57,924 nucleotides of DNA from Phoronis australis (Eukaryota > Animalia > Phoronida): contig NMRA01001089.1 of assembly GCA_002633005.1 (NCBI GenBank), positions 1 through 57,924 on the forward strand, written 5' to 3'. The position numbers and the translations under genes were made by a program. The notes beneath the pieces were generated by a model. That model saw only the letters and a program-made list of their open reading frames with translations. It was not told the origin of the DNA and ran no database searches. This document shows, one piece after another, positions 50,161 to 57,924 of this stretch. Within the stretch, counting starts at the first letter, position 1, and each line of letters starts with the position of its first letter.

Positions 50161-50317
50161 CAGTGGCGGATTTAGAGGGGGGGCCAAGGGGGCCATGGCC
50201 CCCCTAAAACTCTCCCAGATTCCATTTGGCAGTTCGGGGGTGCGCCGTCTGACGGGCAAATTCCTGGCTAATACTCTGCCCTGCCCCCTCTAAATAAAAA
50301 TCCTGGATCTGCCCCTG
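50161..50317. mobile_element. hAT-like MITE with 5-bp TSD
   Basis: CAGTGGCGGAT ... ATCTGCCCCTG termini, flanked by CCTGA on both sides. A related left end is at 47289. Confidence 0.75.
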
Positions 50318-52100
50318 CCTGATAAAGATAGAAAAACTGTCGAGTATTTTAACTGAGAGCACGTGAGGTTGGCTAGATTTTAGCTAGGGCCTACATTATT
50401 GAACGCACGCCCGGTTACGAAACGGCAACACATGAAATCGGAGAATTACCGAGATTTTCACAAATGTGAGTTTATGCTCGGAAATTGCTTGGAATATGTT
50501 GTAGACGGATTCACCGTGACTACTTTGCATTTAAAGGTCGCCATGCGCTCAATTCAATAGAATGATTTGCGTGACTTTTTTCCAGCATGGAAATATAATA
50601 ATATAAATATACGAGCGTATGAATTTTAGAATAACTACACTTCGTGAAATGTCCCGCCGTCTCACCACTTGATCTGAATGGCTATTGTCGAGACGCCTTG
50701 TGAAATGGGTCTTTCAGTAATTGGGCCTGACCTTGCTTACCTTTTGGAAACTAGACAGGTACAAAATTAGTGAATAGCGGGGCTTTCCATCAAGAATTCC
50801 CAATAACGACTAAAGTTTGAAGCTAATAAAGAGGTTATTTTATCCTCATGTTATGACCAAAAACGAACATTTTGATGCCAACGCTAATCACTTTGTAGGC
50901 TAAGCATTTCTCAGTGAAGTGACTCTGTTGCATAGACGCACCGGTCCGGCATTTCCGGCGCCTGCCTGGCCAATGATTTCCATAAAGTATGCAAAAAGGC
51001 ATCGAATGAGACTTGAATTCTCAAAATTTTACGGGGACTCGGGCCCCCGCCCAGACCCCGCCTCACTGATCACGGTCCCCAAGCCCGCGTCGGGACCGGA
51101 GTGACTCGGGCCCTCCCGGCAGTTGACATCAGTATTTCAGTGCTGAAACAACACGAAAATGCCTTCGACGTCCACTGAGTTGTCAGCAGTAAAACGTTGT
51201 TTTTCTCCGCGTATTAGTTCACAAACATTTTGCTCCGAGTATACTTACTTATGCGTGCTTTACCCGTAGTTTAAATTGTAGCCTTGCTCTAAACATGTCT
51301 TTTGTCAGCTTCTGCGAAGTACACGTTGCGATGTAATGGAATTTATATACCCCGACTGAAGTTATGCAATGGCTGGTATTTCACAACGCTGACGTGCTAT
51401 TTCACTTCTGGAACTGTTCTGGAAGGTTCAAGTTATCGATTCGGGTTTGCCCGATCGTGTAGCTCTGACGTAGTGGATATCACAGCGACAGTCTCCGCGT
51501 AGTTCCCGGCCCGAGCTGCTTTCTCAAGCGTGATGCCTATGACGATGATTCTTCACTCAGTAGTTGGTCAAAAATATTCTGTCCGAGTTAGTTGTGTTGT
51601 AGTAGCGGAGTGAGCTGGTTGTGGAGGATAGATATAATTTTTTTCAGTAGGTCTACTCTACTTAATTAGATCATCTAGCACTTCGGTTTTCTCATATCAA
51701 GCCCATTCTCGCCTGACCGAGAGCATTGGGGAATTGAAAGCTAGGCTATTTCGGTAAAGAAGTTAAAAAATGAACGCCGTAGCCCACTAGTAGCAAAGAT
51801 CTTTGCTAGTAGGCCTAGTGTAGAAATAGCTGAGGGCCTTATTGCCAATTTGTGTCCTATTTCAGGTGTAAAAAATCATGATTCATGAAATGAAATGTAA
51901 ACTAATTATATTTAGCATCTGGAAAGTAATTTCATTTGCGATAACTGCTGAATCCGGCAATCTCGGTGTTAAAATTGATGATGCAAGATAACTGAAATGA
52001 GTTAGTCATCAACTGAGATAAACTTTGAATACTCAACTCCTGCGGACACGCGAGGAGCGCAATCAGATGCGCTCAAAAGATGTCGCGGTCAACAGCAGCA

Positions 52101-52176
52101 TTGCGCCATCTGTTGTTTATAACAAAAATGTTTGGCGGGTTTTTGTTCTGCGCATGTGCCTTTGTTCGTCCATTTT
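52101..52176 (+). promoter_or_regulatory. RBBP4 proximal promoter with CTCF-like, E2F-like, NRF1-like and YY1-like motifs
   Basis: tgcgccatctgttg (52102, CTCF-like), TTTGGCGGG (52131, E2F), TGCGCATGTGC (52149, NRF1) and GTCCATTTT (52168, YY1-like), all within about 105 nt of the ATG. Confidence 0.55.
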
Positions 52177-52205
52177 ACCGGTAAATCTGTAGTAGTTCAA
52201 CAAAA

Positions 52206-57357
<5,152 letters not shown>

Positions 57358-57924
57358 GTATGTAATTATGTAATGACACTATTCATTGTTATTTTGTTTC
57401 TTGTTGAGGTGGAGCTCATGAGGCTTGTTGAAATGTAATCTTAAAGCTTAAGTCGTGTAACAAATTACCGTATCAGACATTGGAATTTTCCTCTTTTTAA
57501 GAGGATTTCTTTTTTTGGTTTCGATTTCCTCTTATTTGATTTCCAGTTTCCTCCTTTTCATCTCTTTTTATCATTTTGGCTTTATTCGTGCAAAAATGTT
57601 TATTTCAGTTAAAGTTTACGACACAAAAAATATTGCTATCACACTAGCCTATTTGTAGAATGGTACATCACCTGGAAGTTTTTCCTCGTTTTTGTCATTA
57701 GTCATTCCAAGCCCTGTTGTATAAAGAATGCACTTCTGCTTGCAGACACATTTTGTAGAGCAACATTGCGATGGGGTCATGCATAAGTTTGCATTTTCAA
57801 GGATTTGGTTTGGTCTTGGTACTTCTGTAAAAAGGAGAAACCTGGAGTTTTGCAAATGTATGACCTTACCTGTGAATAATATTGGTATTGGAGTGGGCCT
57901 TCAAATCATCTTTTTAATTATTGA

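Overview
Intron-rich, AT-rich animal genomic DNA, probably from a marine invertebrate. It is not prokaryotic, and most short ORFs in the supplied track are noise. Two assembly gaps are present (4519-4967, 48153-48337). I reconstructed six genes by hand from splice sites and reading frames: (1) a single-exon, catalytically intact, stand-alone L1/APE-type endonuclease (EEP) at 9536-10252 (-) with no reverse transcriptase; (2) four exons of the centromere-licensing factor Mis18 at 16812-22267 (+), first exon not found; (3) an orphan 454-aa single-exon ORF at 27981-29345 (+); (4) a 15-exon, ~860-aa type I membrane protein (signal peptide, 3xMAM, CUB, TM, tail with NPxY and PPxY) at 30806-45672 (-); (5) a 208-aa intronless ORF resembling a prokaryotic/giant-virus hypothetical family at 48889-49515 (-), a horizontal-transfer candidate; (6) the first three exons of RBBP4/7 (RbAp48/Mis16) from 52206 (+). 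Non-coding space holds many non-autonomous DNA transposons/MITEs, tRNA-derived SINE heads, a probable solo LTR, and a ~3-kb diverged tandem array carrying co-oriented CTCF-like motifs about every 140-160 bp. Best leads: the domesticated-looking RT-less endonuclease, the HGT candidate head-to-head with RBBP4, the Mis18-RBBP4 linkage, and the CTCF-like array. All family assignments come from motif recognition only; no database searches were run.
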